Part shown: piece after piece, positions 17,213-30,283 of the stretch
How the letters are laid out: each line of letters starts with the position of its first letter
Position numbering within the stretch: position 1 is the first letter of the stretch
Assembly (NCBI RefSeq): GCF_003704095.1
Contig: NW_020846339.1
Span: forward strand, 1 to 64,000
Length of the DNA stretch: 64,000 bases
Source of the DNA: Pocillopora damicornis
Taxonomy: Eukaryota
Direction of reading: 5' to 3'
The notes under the pieces: generated by a model
What the model was told of the DNA's origin: nothing
Database searches by the model: none
Seen by the model: only the letters and a program-made list of their open reading frames with translations
Translations under genes and position numbers: made by a program

Positions 17213-18717
17213 TCATGCCTCCATTTCAAGTGGTTGATTTCCTTCATGCTCGTTTTCAACGGCAGGGCGTGTCTCGCCTTGAAACTAAAACAGATCAAAT
17301 TTAAAGAGTATCAGGAATCTTGCACAGCATCTAATAACTATTGTGCAGTCCACGTAACTAGGATTCCAAAGTTGATGTGCCTTTTCATTATTTTTTCAAG
17401 GCAACCATTTGCGGAAATTTAAATAATATTTTGTTCAAAGGTGAAAATTATGTACTAATTAAGAATAAACTTACAGTTGAAAGCTCCAGGTCCAACTCTC
17501 TCGCTTGAAAAATGATATCTCGGCTCTCGTTCATTAGTGTTGCCTCCACTGTCATGAAAGACGCATTACTCTTGGGCAAGGTAAAAACAAAATTCTCCCC
17601 AAGTTTCATTTCTTCGATTTTAAGTCTGTCGACCTAGAAAGAACACATCAAAGGGTTGGTCTGTAATGCAATTACCGTATTTGCGCGAAAAAGCGACCCC
17701 GCTCTAATCAGCGCCCTCTCTCCAAAAAGAGCTCACCCCCTGGGCCATGATATCAACCAGGCGCCCCTCCCCCTCCTTCCTCACTTTCTTTATTAGTGGA
17801 GATAGGGAGAAAACCAGAATCAGTAAAAACAGCGGAATCAGTGCAGGTTGATGGTTCCTAATAAGCACCCTCCTTCCAAGGGGTACCTCTCTTATATTAG
17901 CTGAAATTTTAAAAAAGTGCCCGGGCGCTTGACCGAGGAAATACTGTATTATCACAATCTTTTAGGCTTTTCAAATTTAACAGCTCTTAGTTACCCACTC
18001 TGATGATCATGAGTTATCGGAGATCACTAAGGACATTCACAAAAAAAAACAAAAAAAAAACAATGAATCTAAAACAAAATTGTACGTACAAAGCTTTTAC
18101 CTTCTTTTCAGCTTGGAAATCTCCCATGATTAATTGTGCAAGAAGCCTGGTACCCTCACTTTTCCTCCAACGAAAACTATCTGTGTATACAGACCGTACG
18201 TTGACCATACCTTGATCAAGCTGCTTCTAATTAGAAAAAAAATTCTAATTATTGCTTAGTTGATGAATGCAGTGATTAAATAAATGCTTTATTGAGATGT
18301 AACAGTTTAAGAAAGTGGAAACACCGTCTCCAATTTTCATCACAGGTGTTTAAAGGCTTGCCCCTAAGATGCACCAAAAAGAAGAAAAAATAAAGAAAAT
18401 TTCATTTCCCATGCATCTCCCAACTCTCTTCCTCTCTGCTCCCCTCCCCAACCTCTTTACATCATCCCTCCGGCGGGTCACCCTGATCATAATTATACTT
18501 ACATGCATGTCCAATAATTGTGTAAACCCACAGTCCTCACCTGTATTATATCTAACTGCCCAGAATCTTCCAAGGCTTTTGTGATAAACAAAACCAGTTG
18601 TTTAAGTGACCCTGTACCGCCATTTGTGGCTGGCCGTGCGTAGCTAAACACATGTATTTTGTAATATTCGTCTTCAGTACATGACTGCTGGGTTCGCAAA
18701 GGAATTTCATCTGACAT
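17213..18717 (-). CDS. Cassette gene B1: orphan 177 aa protein, possible stand-alone UPA-like beta-sandwich
   Basis: Exons 18717-18541, 18226-18101, 17633-17475, 17284-17213, all phase 0 and GT-AG. Protein: MSDEIPLRTQQSCTEDEYYKIHVFSYARPATNGGTGSLKQLVLFITKALEDSGQLDIIQ|KQLDQGMVNVRSVYTDSFRWRKSEGTRLLAQLIMGDFQAEKK|VDRLKIEEMKLGENFVFTLPKSNASFMTVEATLMNESRDIIFQARELDLELST|FQGETRPAVENEHEGNQPLEMEA*. Same structure in four paralogues. Probable 5'UTR exons at 20259-20057 and one ending at 20529. Confidence 0.88.
17673..17948. mobile_element. Tc1/mariner-pogo type MITE in B1 intron 2
   Basis: TA-CCGTATTT...AAATACTG-TA termini; the paralogous B2 site (about 30758-30780) is empty. Confidence 0.75.
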
Positions 18718-19270
18718 GTTGGATCCTTGCCAATTGTATTTACTGATAGACGGTGTAACTGATGTTATTTCCTTGCTAGCTTCTGTCGTATGGGAAGAAA
18801 CAAAGTGTGTGAGGTGTGTTTAAGTGTAATATGATCGAAGAAGCTATTTATGGATAATTACGCGTGCATGGTGCACGAGATAATTCGTGGATCCGCGTGC
18901 CATATGATCAGAAAGATTTTACCCTCTAAAATCGAGATACCAGAACTGAATTTACAGTACAGATCATGTGCACAATATGTGCCAGGCGATATCTGAGCAT
19001 GGCACGAAATAACCAACATACTGCAATACTCTCACCAACTAAAGCATACGAAAGGAACTTGATTTGTTCTTTTATAGCTAACAGTTCTATGTAGAATTTT
19101 TGTCGTTCTCGTTTTTGTTGTTTGTTTATTTTTGTTCGCTTGTCTTTGTCTTTTAGTTTTTGTTTTTTGTTTTTATCCATGGCTGGAAATGTAAGTTGGC
19201 CAATGCATGAGCCATTTGATGGAGGGAAAAAGGAAAACTCTTCTTTTTCCTCCATCAAATGAAATAGGCG

Positions 19271-19920
19271 TTTTATTTCGTGTTTAAGTGTAAATCAAGA
19301 CAACGTTTTAGTTTGGGTCAAATTCGTCACGACACCGAGGCAAGAACTTCCCTGAATTATAAATTGCCACAGTAGATTTGAAACTATCTTGCTTCGTACT
19401 GAGACAGACACACACAACTGTCTCTACAAACCAGAACATACGTGAAATTTCGAAATTTCGTGAATTACTTCCGGAAGAAAGGAAGAAATTACCATTTTAT
19501 TTCGCGTCTCTGAGCGTAAATCGAGACAACGTTTTAGTTTGGGTCATATTCGTCACGACACCGAGGCAAAAACTTCCCTGAATTATAAATTACCACTGAC
19601 AACAGATTTAAAATAATCTTCCTTCGTACCAAGATAAGTACACACAACTGTCTCTACAAATCAGACCGTACGTGAGATTTCGAAATTTCGAAAATTACCT
19701 CTGGAAGAAGGGAAGAAATTACCGTTTTATTTCGTGTGTCTGAGAGTAAATTGAGACAACGTTTTAGTTTGTGTCATATTCGTCACGACACCGAGGCAAG
19801 AACTTCCCTGAATTAAAAATCGGCACAGTAGATTTAAAGTAATCTTGCATCGTACCAATATAAGCACACACAACTGTTTCCCTATAAATCAGAACGTAGG
19901 TGGAATTTCGAAATTTCGGC
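19271..19920. repeat. Three tandem copies of a ~225-230 bp unit
   Basis: TTTTATTTCG...GACAACGTTTTAGTTTGGGTCA.ATTCGTCACGACACCGAGGCAA.AACTTCCCTGAATTA recurs at about 19271, 19495 and 19725. A single diverged copy lies at about 32070-32240. Confidence 0.9.
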
Positions 19921-20818
19921 GCTTGCTTAGAGCAAATTTTGGCTTGAATTGACACGGTGCGTGATCAAGTCAGTGGTGGCTTTGTCGGTATGTAAATTAA
20001 GCATCTACTCGTCATCTACAACTGTTGATGATATTTTACAAAAACGTGTAAGTTACCTTTGACGTCTGATATTTAAAACACGATTCGAATTGTACTCTTA
20101 TTAGTCTGGCCAGGCAATACATAAGCGGCTCATTATCTTGATCATGGGTAAATGACTGTCCTTTTTCTGTCGCTCTGAACACACTAAACAGGTCCCACAC
20201 ATGTAATGAAAATTTGTGTTCACCCTTTCTGACGGACAGCGCTGCGTGACTGTAGCCACCTGCAAGGAATGTTGAATTCCCAAAGATTATTTCGGAGGGA
20301 ATCTCAGCAGAAAACAATCCCTCCTCGAACTGAAGCACTATCGTAGTATTTGTGTTTAATTCAACCCGCTATTGCTTCCAAGTTTTCTTGGTCTAATTTT
20401 GTAGCTTACGTAAGTTACTATGGTTTACCATTTCCGATCATAATATGCGCAAAGATCGATGGCGATGGAGTCTCTCTTAGAAGCCAAACATCGCCCGGAG
20501 GAAACAATAGATATACTCAGTTACTTACCGGAATGAACTTTTGTTAGAGATAAAGAGTGCTCCGTCCTCAGTCGCAGAGGTCTCTTCTCTTTCCACTAAT
20601 GCGTGATGTTATTTATTTATTATGTTCCGCGAGCCTTTAAAGTGATCGTCTTTGCTCTAACTCTCTAAGCAAGATGCATTAAGTTCAGCTATGTGGCTCC
20701 TTATATGGGCGAGCTCAGTTGTACCTTGTACTTTAGAGGAGTGAAATAGGCTGAACCTTGTACCTTCCATAAGCTTTTCTACACTTGTTAGACGATTTTT
20801 ACGAACAGCATCTGTACA

Positions 20819-21434
20819 GGGTAATCCCCAGTTTTAGTTTCGGTCGTGTGAAATAGCTCCAGCCCCGAAATTTAGTTTTTTTTTTACTTTTCTTCGCTTA
20901 TAAATGATTTGATAAAACTCGGTCCTTGTAGGGTTTTCATCTTTCTTCATCATTTACTTATTTCATCAATCTGCTTTTCTTCTAAGCATGAGACTTCAAG
21001 TCGAAAGCTGAAATATGTTTAATTAGCGTTTCTAGGGTTACCCTGATAAAAATATGCAACGTTGCACTATCGATTTGAAGGGAAAAATCCCTCATTTGTC
21101 GATTGACAATTTATCTTATTCTTCTTTAGCATGACGTATTTAAATTTTGTTCAACCAGGTGGTACGAGATCACATCAAAGAAAAAAAGGAAAACAAAACG
21201 GAAAATGAGGTTTTCTAAGCTAATATATATATTTTAAAGTGTCTTAATTTTGAACTTTATTTACCTAGTTGACATGCAAACTGAGCGCAGAGTAAGCTCT
21301 GAAACGTTACGTTCTTGGCGACAAAAAAACGCTGATAGGGTTGTTTTGGTAGATATGCTTCGTTGCAAAATATTTACAAGTTAGGGGAAACCCCTCGGCC
21401 GTGACCTCTTGACCTTTTGAAATAAACCGAAAGT
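20819..21434. promoter_or_regulatory. B1/A1 bidirectional promoter with NF-kB-like and IRF-like sites
   Basis: GGGTAATCCCC 20819-20829, GGGAAAAATCCC 21080-21091, GGGGAAACCCC 21384-21394, IRF-like AAACCGAAAGT 21424-21434. Confidence 0.65.
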
Positions 21435-21551
21435 GCAAATCAGCTGAAATTCACTGCGTGTGTCAGCAATGTTTTAGGAACAAGAGCAGAAACGAACTGT
21501 TCATCGCATCACAACTTGACGACCCGCAGTAGAAAACGACCGATCGCAAGT

Positions 21552-24500
21552 ATGCATCCTGGTAAGTCAGAAATATGCAAATTAGGGGCAAAATCGATAC
21601 ATGAATAAATTATTTCCATGGATCGAGCGACAAACATCTTAGGTAGAAAATCTAATTTTATTATATTCCATTTATTGCAGCAAGGCATCGTTTTCTCCTT
21701 TTTTCACTGAATTTCATCGTGGTTTTTAATTAAGGTTGTATTTTCTACATAACATGTTTCTTCATTTTACAATTTAGATGACCTGCACATTTCAGACAGT
21801 TACAACACATTGAAAATATAAAAGATGTTGTGCATAAGGTTGTGAGCCATCCATACTCTCTTTCCGTAGACAATCTTTCTTGTGATATTGGTTAACGAAG
21901 TTTTTGCAAACCATGGCTATTTCATCAAATTTGATTTTTTGCAGCCTACGGATTCACACAGCAACTATGCACTTATGTCTTGCATCATACTTTTTGCATC
22001 CTCAAGACCCATAACGCGCGCGGTGTCACGTGCAGCTTCGAGACTGAAAAATCAGCTTTGTTCCCATTTTTAAGTACTCTTCTTTCCTGTCCCAATCTTC
22101 AAGAACATGTAATTCTGAATTACCTCCATAAGGACGTCAAATTTATACTAGATTAGGGCTTAATTATTTCACAATTATATTTCCATTTTATTACATGTGC
22201 ATTATTATTATTATTTTCTTTTTTTGTTTTTGTAATCAAGAGGAGAAGGAATATGTAAAGGTTATTTCGAGCCAATTGAAAAAAAAAAGAAAAAAATTGA
22301 AAATTTCCTCCAAAAGAAAAGTCAGATTTGAAGGTTGTGAAAGAAGGAACGTGTACACATTTTTTTGAGCCCACTGAGAAAAAAATTAAAAAGATAGAAA
22401 ATTCTCTCCAAAAGAAACATCAGATTTAAAGGTTGTTGAGGTTGTTGAAAGTATCAATATCATAAATCCCTTTTCATTTTTTCCTGAGTTAAATGTAACA
22501 TTAATTGTATTCATCTCCCTACAATAGGAGCAAGATTCCAAAACCGTGGCTTCCATTGTCTAGTCAGCGGTTGCTACAAAGTCCACAAAAATGGGGCCCT
22601 TCCTCCCAAGCCGACTTCGATCGAACACTGTTGTTTGATGACCGAGGGAAATTCCTGGGACATCTTAGTCAATTGCCGACCAAACAATAATCAATGCAAG
22701 AGGGAAAAAAACTGGAAAAATGTCATGGAGGTCTACCCCGATGCCAAGGTAGAGAGAAAACACAACAATATAGAGTTGACGTTGCCTGTCTTAACGGAAA
22801 ATCTTGAGGTTGCTGCTTTTGGAGTTCCCAAAAAGAGTGACCAGAAACGAATGCAAATGGCGATCTTTGGAAAAGATCCGACTCAGGGCTGCAACTGGAA
22901 GATTCGGGTTTACTTGATTGATGATTCAAAAAAGGCATTCGAGGTAAAAAAAGCATGTAACTGTAATTATAATGATAAAAGTAATTATGATTTAAGATAA
23001 CATTGAAATGAGAAGGATAACTCGTACTACAGTCAACAAGAAGGCTTAATGAAACGTAAGTCAGTTATAATCCAAGAACTCAGCAGATGAAGTAGTCAGC
23101 TTCTAAACTGATGTAAGACGGTACAAATTACCCAAGTGCCCTGCTCGAGAGCTATTTTCTTTTCTATCAACTGAAGATCACATTCTTTCTCTTAATTAAG
23201 TGTTTATTTGATGAGAGACCACCTGTGATCCCTGCAATGCTGTGGTGCAACAATATAAGGCATTGCATTATTTTCCTTTATCCATTTTTCATTAAATCAT
23301 CAACTTTTTGTTTATTTTGTTTTTTCGCTTTTTAATTTATTGCTTTCCTTTGATAACAGGTTGTTTGCGAGAAAGAAGCAGAAAAAGGAAACAGACTGCT
23401 GACAACTCTTTCAGGCCTATTTGTGTCCAACAGCAAGGAAAACATCAGAATTGAGTTTACTGATCTAGATCCAGGATGGCAAATAAAAGGTGAAAACGTG
23501 AAGGTAAATTGACATCTCTGATTGTACAGATGAATTCCCAGCTGCTCTCCGATAAGTAAAGAACTTTTCGAATAAAAGATTGTTATAGAAAGTAGGTCAT
23601 ATCGAGGAGAAAACAAACTGAGGTTTCATGTAACAGAAAACTGGTACAAAAAGCTAATCAGACAATCGTTACTGCACTCAAGGAATAACTCCAGGATTGC
23701 GTTTCTTGTGCCATGCAGATTTAGGACAACTTAATAACATTTCAATTCGAAAGCTAGAGGAATGATTTTGTCCGTTTGTATGTCTCTATTTAGATAATAT
23801 ATATAAAAGATGCGTGGAATTCGCCTGAAAACTCAGCAAATTTCCCTCTCTGTGTTTTTGAAGTAAGTCACGTTGATCGAACCAAGCAGCAGTTCTTTTG
23901 CCGAATAATAGTTTCACATGACGATGACAGCGCTAATACCGAGATGGTGGCTTTTTTCGAGCAGGTAAACCAACAGCAGATTATTAAAAAAAAATCACGA
24001 GAATAATGGCTAATGACAATTTATGACAATAATAAAGTAATAATACTTATAATAGTTATAATAAGAACGATTGCAAAATAACGAGAATTAAAATAGAAAA
24101 AGATTAAATCCTACGTGAATATTCTTGAAGAAAAAAAAAAACTTTTATTTATACTACTATGCAGCGTGTCAAATTCAACTATAACTGTTTCTTGACTAGT
24201 TCAGGCTCTAATCAGGCTCCTCCAGGTTCACAAATTGGAGTTGAAATTTGCTGTTCAAATTGAATCGAATAACCTAAAACTCTTCTTTTCTCTTAGAAAA
24301 GAGGCGTAGGGATTAAACCGCCAAGGAAACGTAAGAATGCTCCGATGAAGCCTCCACACGGTAAGTTATATTTGTTAGTCAACAGCGGGAGGAAACTGAC
24401 TGATGTTTGTAACATGTAACCTACTGTGTTATATTAATTGCATTTAATTTGCAATCCTAGACAATTTATCATATTAACTTCTTGTTGATTCCTCCTTAGC

Positions 24501-25551
24501 TGGTACTTTACCGACACCTCATTTGTTTTTATTTTTGTTGTTGTATAGTTAATCATGTATAGGTTTGTTGTTTTAAGATTTAAGGTAGTAGTGTAGCGTG
24601 ATAACTGAATGATAATAGTAGTAACAACATTAACAGTAATGATGTTATTCTTGATATATCTAATACATACACATTATGATGACGATATTTACAATCTTAA
24701 TCTCAAATGCTATGGGCTCCAAAGTTGATCAAAAGAATTTCAATTTTTCGTTTCATGACCATCCAAAAATACACAGCTGAAACACATTTTTCGCTGCTTG
24801 GGCCCCGCACTAAATCGAGGCTCCAAAGGTGAATGGTAAGAGATGAATCTTAATCACGTATCTTGTAGACTTCTTTCATTCTCTGACCGGTCTCGTTTGA
24901 TTACCGCAAACTATGTCAGTTGAGGCTCACTGATGTAACGTTACATGTTGGACTGTTTATGTGAGAATTCAGTCATTCTTTATCCATTGCGTTCTTCTAT
25001 GCTTGTTTACTATCCTAGACGATCATGATATTTGATATAGCAATATTCACATGATTGATATAGGATAGTTCCCTACGTAATATGACTCGCACATTTTTGT
25101 GTGCGCTTTTATTATAAAACAACCTTTAAAAAAAAAGATTCCCGATGCACGTTCACCAGCAGAGTCAGAAAAAATCCTCGCAAGCGTTCGGAACAGGTAC
25201 AAAAAGAAAAGTAGATATAGAGAGATCGGTAGTCATATGATAAAATGCTTATTTATTGAATTGATTCGATCGCACTGGACGAGAAAATACTTATTTGTTT
25301 CATCCCCTGAGGCAACAAGGAAAAAAACGTTACCTTGTTAAAACGGTCAGGCACAAATTGCCTTGAATTGAAGAAGTTGGCCATAGACCAAATATAGATA
25401 AGTTTTTCAGATGCCCCGTTGTGTTCGCTATGTGATGCTATCAGTTTATAGACAAGAAATAAACAAACTTTATTCCTAATAAAGGTGTGCTTTCTGCAAA
25501 CCCTAACCAAGAACTTACCTCTTTTTCACAGGATCCAGTGCCACTGACTGA
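21552..25551 (+). CDS. Cassette gene A1: partial ZU5 + UPA domain protein (UNC5/PIDD-like) lacking a death domain, about 274 aa
   Basis: Exons 21552-21561, 22528-22943, 23360-23503, 23794-23964, 24297-24360, 25532-25551 give one open frame. Motifs LVSG...P..IEHCC...WDILV...VAAFG...KRMQMAIFG...WKIRVYLIDDSKKAFEVVCEKEAEKGNRLL...W...CVFEV...FFCRIIV parallel the UNC5 ZU5-C/UPA region (KRLKLAIFAP..YSLRVYCLEDT..ALKEVLELE..GG.L). Basic tail KPPRKRKN, ends GSSATD*. Confidence 0.88.
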
Positions 25552-26221
25552 TTTCCTAAAAGAACTTGGAGAGTTTATTGACATCAAACTCTTTTAGACA
25601 AAGCTGCTTGATACTAAGTGCATTAAGTTTTCGTAGGTCTCGCGCCGTTGTTGACTCTTTTGACTTTAAACTAGAAACTATTGAGGTTTTAACTCGAGCT
25701 TTCTTGGGGATTTGCAACGAATGCACGATTTTACATGCCAGACCATTGTAACTAGTGTGAGTAGCTGGTGGTTTTGTTGGGGAGCACTCAATCAAGTGGC
25801 AAGGCCTTACAGGGAATGGAAAACAAAAAACAAACAAACAAAGAGGAAAAGGTCTGCTGCGCAGGTGAAACAAATACAACACCTTGCGCAGCAAAACTAC
25901 CATTTACGACCGCCTTCACAATAATAAAGACTGAATTAGTGATTATTTCAGTAATATCAAAACAACTTTGGTGAGGGTATGAAGGACATGGAGATGATAA
26001 AGAAATTTTAGTTCTAATACTGTCAGGTTAGTTCCCCGAGACACTTTTCTCACTTGTAGAATTTGGGGCCATCTGCTATGGAATTAAGCACGAGTTTTCA
26101 GGTTTTACACTCACTTTGCAGGCTTATTTCGTATTCTAGATAATTAAAATACCTTGAAAAGTATACATCTTCCCCCTTTCTAAAGTTCTAACAATAACTA
26201 TAACGATGGTAGTACACATTG

Positions 26222-26365
26222 ATATCCGGTTTTTAGACACTTGTGTCCGATTCGAGATGCTTATGTTCGATTTTAGACACCAGAGTCCGATTTAAGACAA
26301 CAGCACCGATTTAAGACTTTAATTTCTGATTTCAGACACCACTGCCGATTTTAGACACTAGTTCG
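26222..26365. repeat. 20-bp minisatellite (short, degenerate array)
   Basis: Repeats of GTGTCCGATTTTAGACACTA-like units. Confidence 0.75.
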
Positions 26366-28325
26366 CTTTTCAGAGAGTAGTTTCCGTCTTTATTTCCTGA
26401 TATATGAATAGCTAACTCTTGAAACTTCTGCATTTATTTTTTCTCCAGTGGCTTTTCTTTTAATTGTAACTCAGTTAATAACACAAAATTACATTTTAAT
26501 ATCCACACAGATGCCCCACCACCGTTTCTTTAAACGCCCCCCCCCCCCTCTTCCCCCTTTACTATCTCTGAACTTTATTGCTATCCAAAGCTTTAAAACT
26601 CCTCTCACCTTGGAGATGAAGGAGTTTTCAGTAATATCCAAGCTTCCAAAGGAAAGGAAAACGTATCCACTTATCAGTTTTAAGTTTTGTTTATTACTAA
26701 AAAGAGAAAGTTATTAAGTACGTTCTATCTCACGTATAAAAGTTTTAGCAAGTACAAAACTAGTACACGTATCTTTAAAGTGTTGCTAAATCTAAAAATA
26801 GATAAAAAAAATTTCTTTTTCAATATGGAAAACGCTAATTGGATTCAGGTGTGATTCAACGCCGTCTCATTTTGGGACAGTACAACATAGCGAGAACCAA
26901 TCAGGAAGATTGAATTAAGTCTTCAGTACAGACATTAATCAAAGACATTTAACTAAGAGTAGGAAGGTAAATAAAAACCTTGCAAAAAAACCCTAATAGT
27001 AATCAGGGAAAAAAAGGCTAAGGGCTTATTTTCAGTAAGCACTACTCGTTAGGTTTCATAAGATACCAGGGATGTTTGTTCTCGTTTTTGTTTTTTTAAC
27101 TTCTTTTTTTCTTCTTATCCCAGTTTGCTTTAAACGCCCCATTGCATAGATGAATACACTAAAATATATATTCGTAAGAGGTATGATGTCTATTAAGGAT
27201 ACTATGCTGTTTGCATCTACTTATTAATAGGGCAAAACAGCACTTGTCATTGTAAGGACTTGCTGAAAAATTAACATTAAACAAGTGATTATATTCATAG
27301 TCAAGCTACCATAAAGCACCAGATTTTCAAGCTAGTCTCACTTCTAATCTCGCGAGTTAATTACCCTTTAATCGTGCATATTGATTTCGTCGTCTTTTCG
27401 GAGTGTGATTTTGTGCTGGCAGCACGTAAAAGCAGCCACACATTTTATTATCAGTTCGATACCTCGATGAGATTTACTAAAATGAGACGCGGTGCTTGTT
27501 TAGAGATGACAAATCGCCAAAATGGGAATTATGCCATCGAAGCAAAGTTAAAGCCTTTTAAATGTATAAAATATGAATATTCAGTTAAGGTTTCAAGCTA
27601 ATATCACAAGCATTCTATATCAGTATGAAAAACTTACTGATACTCAACTTTAGTTAAAAGAAAACACTTGTACAAAAGATTTTTAACTGCTTTTGCCTTA
27701 ACCTATGTGATGTACCTATTCTCAACTAACAAGGTCCATCGAGGACTTTTTTTTTTGTGCTAGTACCGATTCACATTTCCAACAAAACGATCTATCGCGC
27801 TCAATAATTCAACTGATTTGTCTCAAAGTTATCTCAAAATAGATCATAGTTTTCTCTCAGGAATTCGAGTATCATTTCTGTTCTTTTTTTTTGTTTTCCT
27901 TCCTCTTCTTTTTTGTTTTTGTTTTTTTGTTTATTTTTTTCCTGTGTCATTGTTATTCTGTTGATACTATGCGGCTTCATGGCCTTGTTGTTAAAATACG
28001 TAAGTGGTATCTGGAAACATTCAATTACAGCCCAAGCCTAATTCCCTTCAGTTTACCAGCGACGATATATTCACATCCCCCTGTGTTTAAAGTATGTTGT
28101 TATATTCCTACACTTTTACTCAACAAAATGAGCACTGTGATTGGTTGATTCTTGGTCACGTGCCCCTGATCAAATTCAAATGTATTCCGACCGTGATAAA
28201 ATCGCGCAGTTGTTGCCCGCGTGCCGTAAACAAAAGCACGTGATCAGTGCGTGACTAAATTAAAAATGGCGTGATCTTCAGCGCGTGCTCACGATTCACA
28301 CCCACCCACCTTCCCCCATTCATTT

Positions 28326-28538
28326 TTACCCTTTAACTCCTAAGAGTGATTTGCATGTAACTTCTCCCTACAATATATACAATATCCATCCAGCAAACAG
28401 GTAATGAGAGTACTCAAATGTATCAGGTAGAAGTTGTTATCTTGATCTAGCACTAAATTCTTGCAACTTATTTACAAGGAAATGTGCAGCAGCTAAAGGG
28501 GAGAATTAACAATCAGATCTTGGGATTTAAAAGGTTAA
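28326..28538. mobile_element. TTAA-type MITE
   Basis: TTACCCTTTAACTCCTAAGA...TCTTGGGATTTAAAAGGTTAA inverted termini. Confidence 0.7.
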
Positions 28539-30283
28539 GTCAACACACCCCAGTGAACAGAATAGGGCTCAGTGATCTATAAATAATCTTTCTTACAGAA
28601 ATTAATAGAAACACATCCAAACTTTGGAAAAAGGTATGAGATTGATATTCTTTTAATAGTGCATTTTGTTGAACATACATGTAATAACATTGAATGAATA
28701 TGTTACAAGCTCAGTGAAGAACGCAGTTTTCTAAAATGTTTGCTGTATTATTAAGCTAATAATCTATTTCAACTAACTGGAAGGCACAGCTCAATGTTGC
28801 TAGTCTAAGAATCGATTAAAAAACTCAAACGTAAATCCTAAATGTATGTACAATGTTATTCTTCAGCACTGTTCACTTCATCAGATGAAATGAATAAAAT
28901 TTCCTTATGTTAATGCATTTCCTGTGTACAGAGCGTCTTTTCATTAATAATATGTGCTACCAGCTTTATTTCTGTTCGATTTTTTAATATTCTACTACAC
29001 AAAAGATGAATGTGTAAAAAGATAGCAACTGTTTAAGGCAGCGAAATCCCTCCACATGAATTAATCTACCCGTGAAGAAATTCCTTTCACTTATAATAAG
29101 AAATTGAAAGAATATCCTTTTTCCTGCTCAAAATTTCTTACCATGTGCCTTGGTAATTATTTGTTGTAACGAGACCTCATCATAAAAATTTCATTTCCCA
29201 AAGACCATATTACCTTTGCCAGTCTGTTCTTTAAAGAGTTTGATGCTTCAACATCATAAATGAGGTGCTACAATTACATTAAGACTATGGTATATATTGA
29301 ACTCAATTGCCCTGATTTAAATAGCTTTAAATGTGACCAAACAGTCGTACTGATCTTTACTGTACATTTTCATCGAATAATGTACCCTTGCAGTTCTTGT
29401 CATTATGGTCCTCTTAAAACTCTCAACTGTATATCAAATGGAATAATTTAAATAACCTTGCCACATTCAATTCAATTCATCCTAAAAAATCCCTAGCAAT
29501 TTTACCACCAACTTTACCTTTTGCCTCAAATACTCTTGGTACATTCATCGAGATATTTTAATTTAGAAAATGGAAATCTCCTTTTTTTTCCGCTCAAACC
29601 GCTTCATCTTCTAAATCCTCACAGCATAAAGAATGAAGTTGGCGAAGATGACTTTCTTCTTACAAAATGGTAAGCCCGAGAGAATTTGGAATAGAGATTT
29701 TTACCTCGACATGTTTTCTTCCAAAAAGTTAATAAACGAGTTCCTTAAAAACAAGGATGAAACTTTCTTGGCTGATCCCTATAAATTACACGAAACAAAT
29801 TTTAGAGAAAAAAATTCAGTGCAAAAGTAAGTAACGAATTTGTTTGGTCGCACTTTGAACTCTTTTTTGGTCAACAAAACAAAACATAAAACTTACCTAA
29901 AAACTTGTTTGATTAAACGTAGTTTTTTTGACAGAACACGAAATTTAAAAAAGAATTGAAAAAAGAAAAATTGTCATGTTTGAATGGTCTGGTTTTACAG
30001 GAGATTTCTGCGCCTCTTAATTTTTCCCGTGATATTATCAATCATTAATCACAATCTCCATCACGCAGTAAAGAACGAAAAAACAATCGCAATTTTTTAA
30101 AAAAACTACAAAACACACGCGAGCAGATTTTTTAGTCTTTGACAATTACTCGTACTTATTTATTCCAACTTGCACTCGAAATCATGCGATGACGTTTAGC
30201 AATTTAATGTAAATAATGATTTCCTTTAAAGACATATTAAAATAACAACTAAGAAAAGATGAATCTCCAAATTAAATCCGACA

